From the IMG/VR virus record IMGVR_UViG_3300021962_000055, positions 1-64,000 of that record: DNA of 64,000 nt. One strand, given 5' to 3'. The first letter of the stretch is position 1, and every line of letters begins with the position of its first letter. The stretch comes from a virus. Positions 63,777 through 64,000 of the stretch are shown here, one piece after another. The position numbers were made by a program, and so were the translations under genes. Below the pieces are notes generated by a model. That model was not told the origin of the DNA, made no database searches, and saw only the letters and a list, made by a program, of their open reading frames with translations.

Positions 63777-64000
63777 TCAGAGGGTGTCGTAGATGTTGCC
63801 GCTCTTGCGAAGATAGGTGTACAGGTCCTTGGGGATCTTGTACCGGGAGCCATCCTTAAAATCGTATGATTCCTGACCCCAGAACATTTTCCAGGTGCCC
63901 TTGACACGGGCGTTTACGTAATCGCTATCGGTTGACGTAACGGTTACTGGCTCGTCTACTACAACATTGTCGTATTCTTCAACATCCTCGATTGGCTCAA
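63777..64000 (-). CDS. partial hypothetical structural-region protein
   Basis: Open frame ...YDFKDGSRYKIPKDLYTYLRKSGNIYDTL* running off the window. Confidence 0.6.
   Translation of the reverse strand, partial: EPIEDVEEYDNVVVDEPVTVTSTDSDYVNARVKGTWKMFWGQESYDFKDGSRYKIPKDLYTYLRKSGNIYDTL

Overview
This window is part of a large tailed phage genome with a contractile tail (myovirus). Its host is probably an actinobacterium, possibly Acidimicrobiia-like: it carries two WhiB genes, an actinobacterial Ssd/CpaE-like gene, a DUF732-like lipoprotein and actinophage-type resolvase and Cas4-like genes. Layout: (1) 1-16.6 kb, a + strand early/accessory arm with two MoxR-AAA + vWA gene pairs, an SNF2 helicase, a DGQHR protein, an HNH protein and a pyrimidine-dimer glycosylase-like gene. 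(2) 16.6-29.6 kb, - strand regulators, nucleotide/DNA-modification-like genes and disordered basic proteins. (3) 29.7-44.4 kb, a - strand replication/recombination block: SpoVS, resolvases, Cas4-like nuclease, RecA, PolA, SSB, SNF2, primase, DnaB, DnaC-like loader and an initiator with internal iterons. (4) 44.5-45.9 kb, a + strand island of Dps and small basic proteins. (5) 46-64 kb, - strand baseplate, tape measure, chaperone, tube, sheath, neck and fibre genes. The most striking unexplained signal is an 11-bp palindromic motif, CTAG-YNR-CTAG. I found 15 exact copies in the first 11.7 kb, at gene junctions and inside coding sequence, and only one in the rest of the window. The same arm also has a family of intergenic hairpins sharing CGCAA(T/C)CGTG. 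No tRNA, rRNA, CRISPR array, integrase, terminase or capsid gene was recognised. All product calls come from motif recognition by eye; no searches were run.
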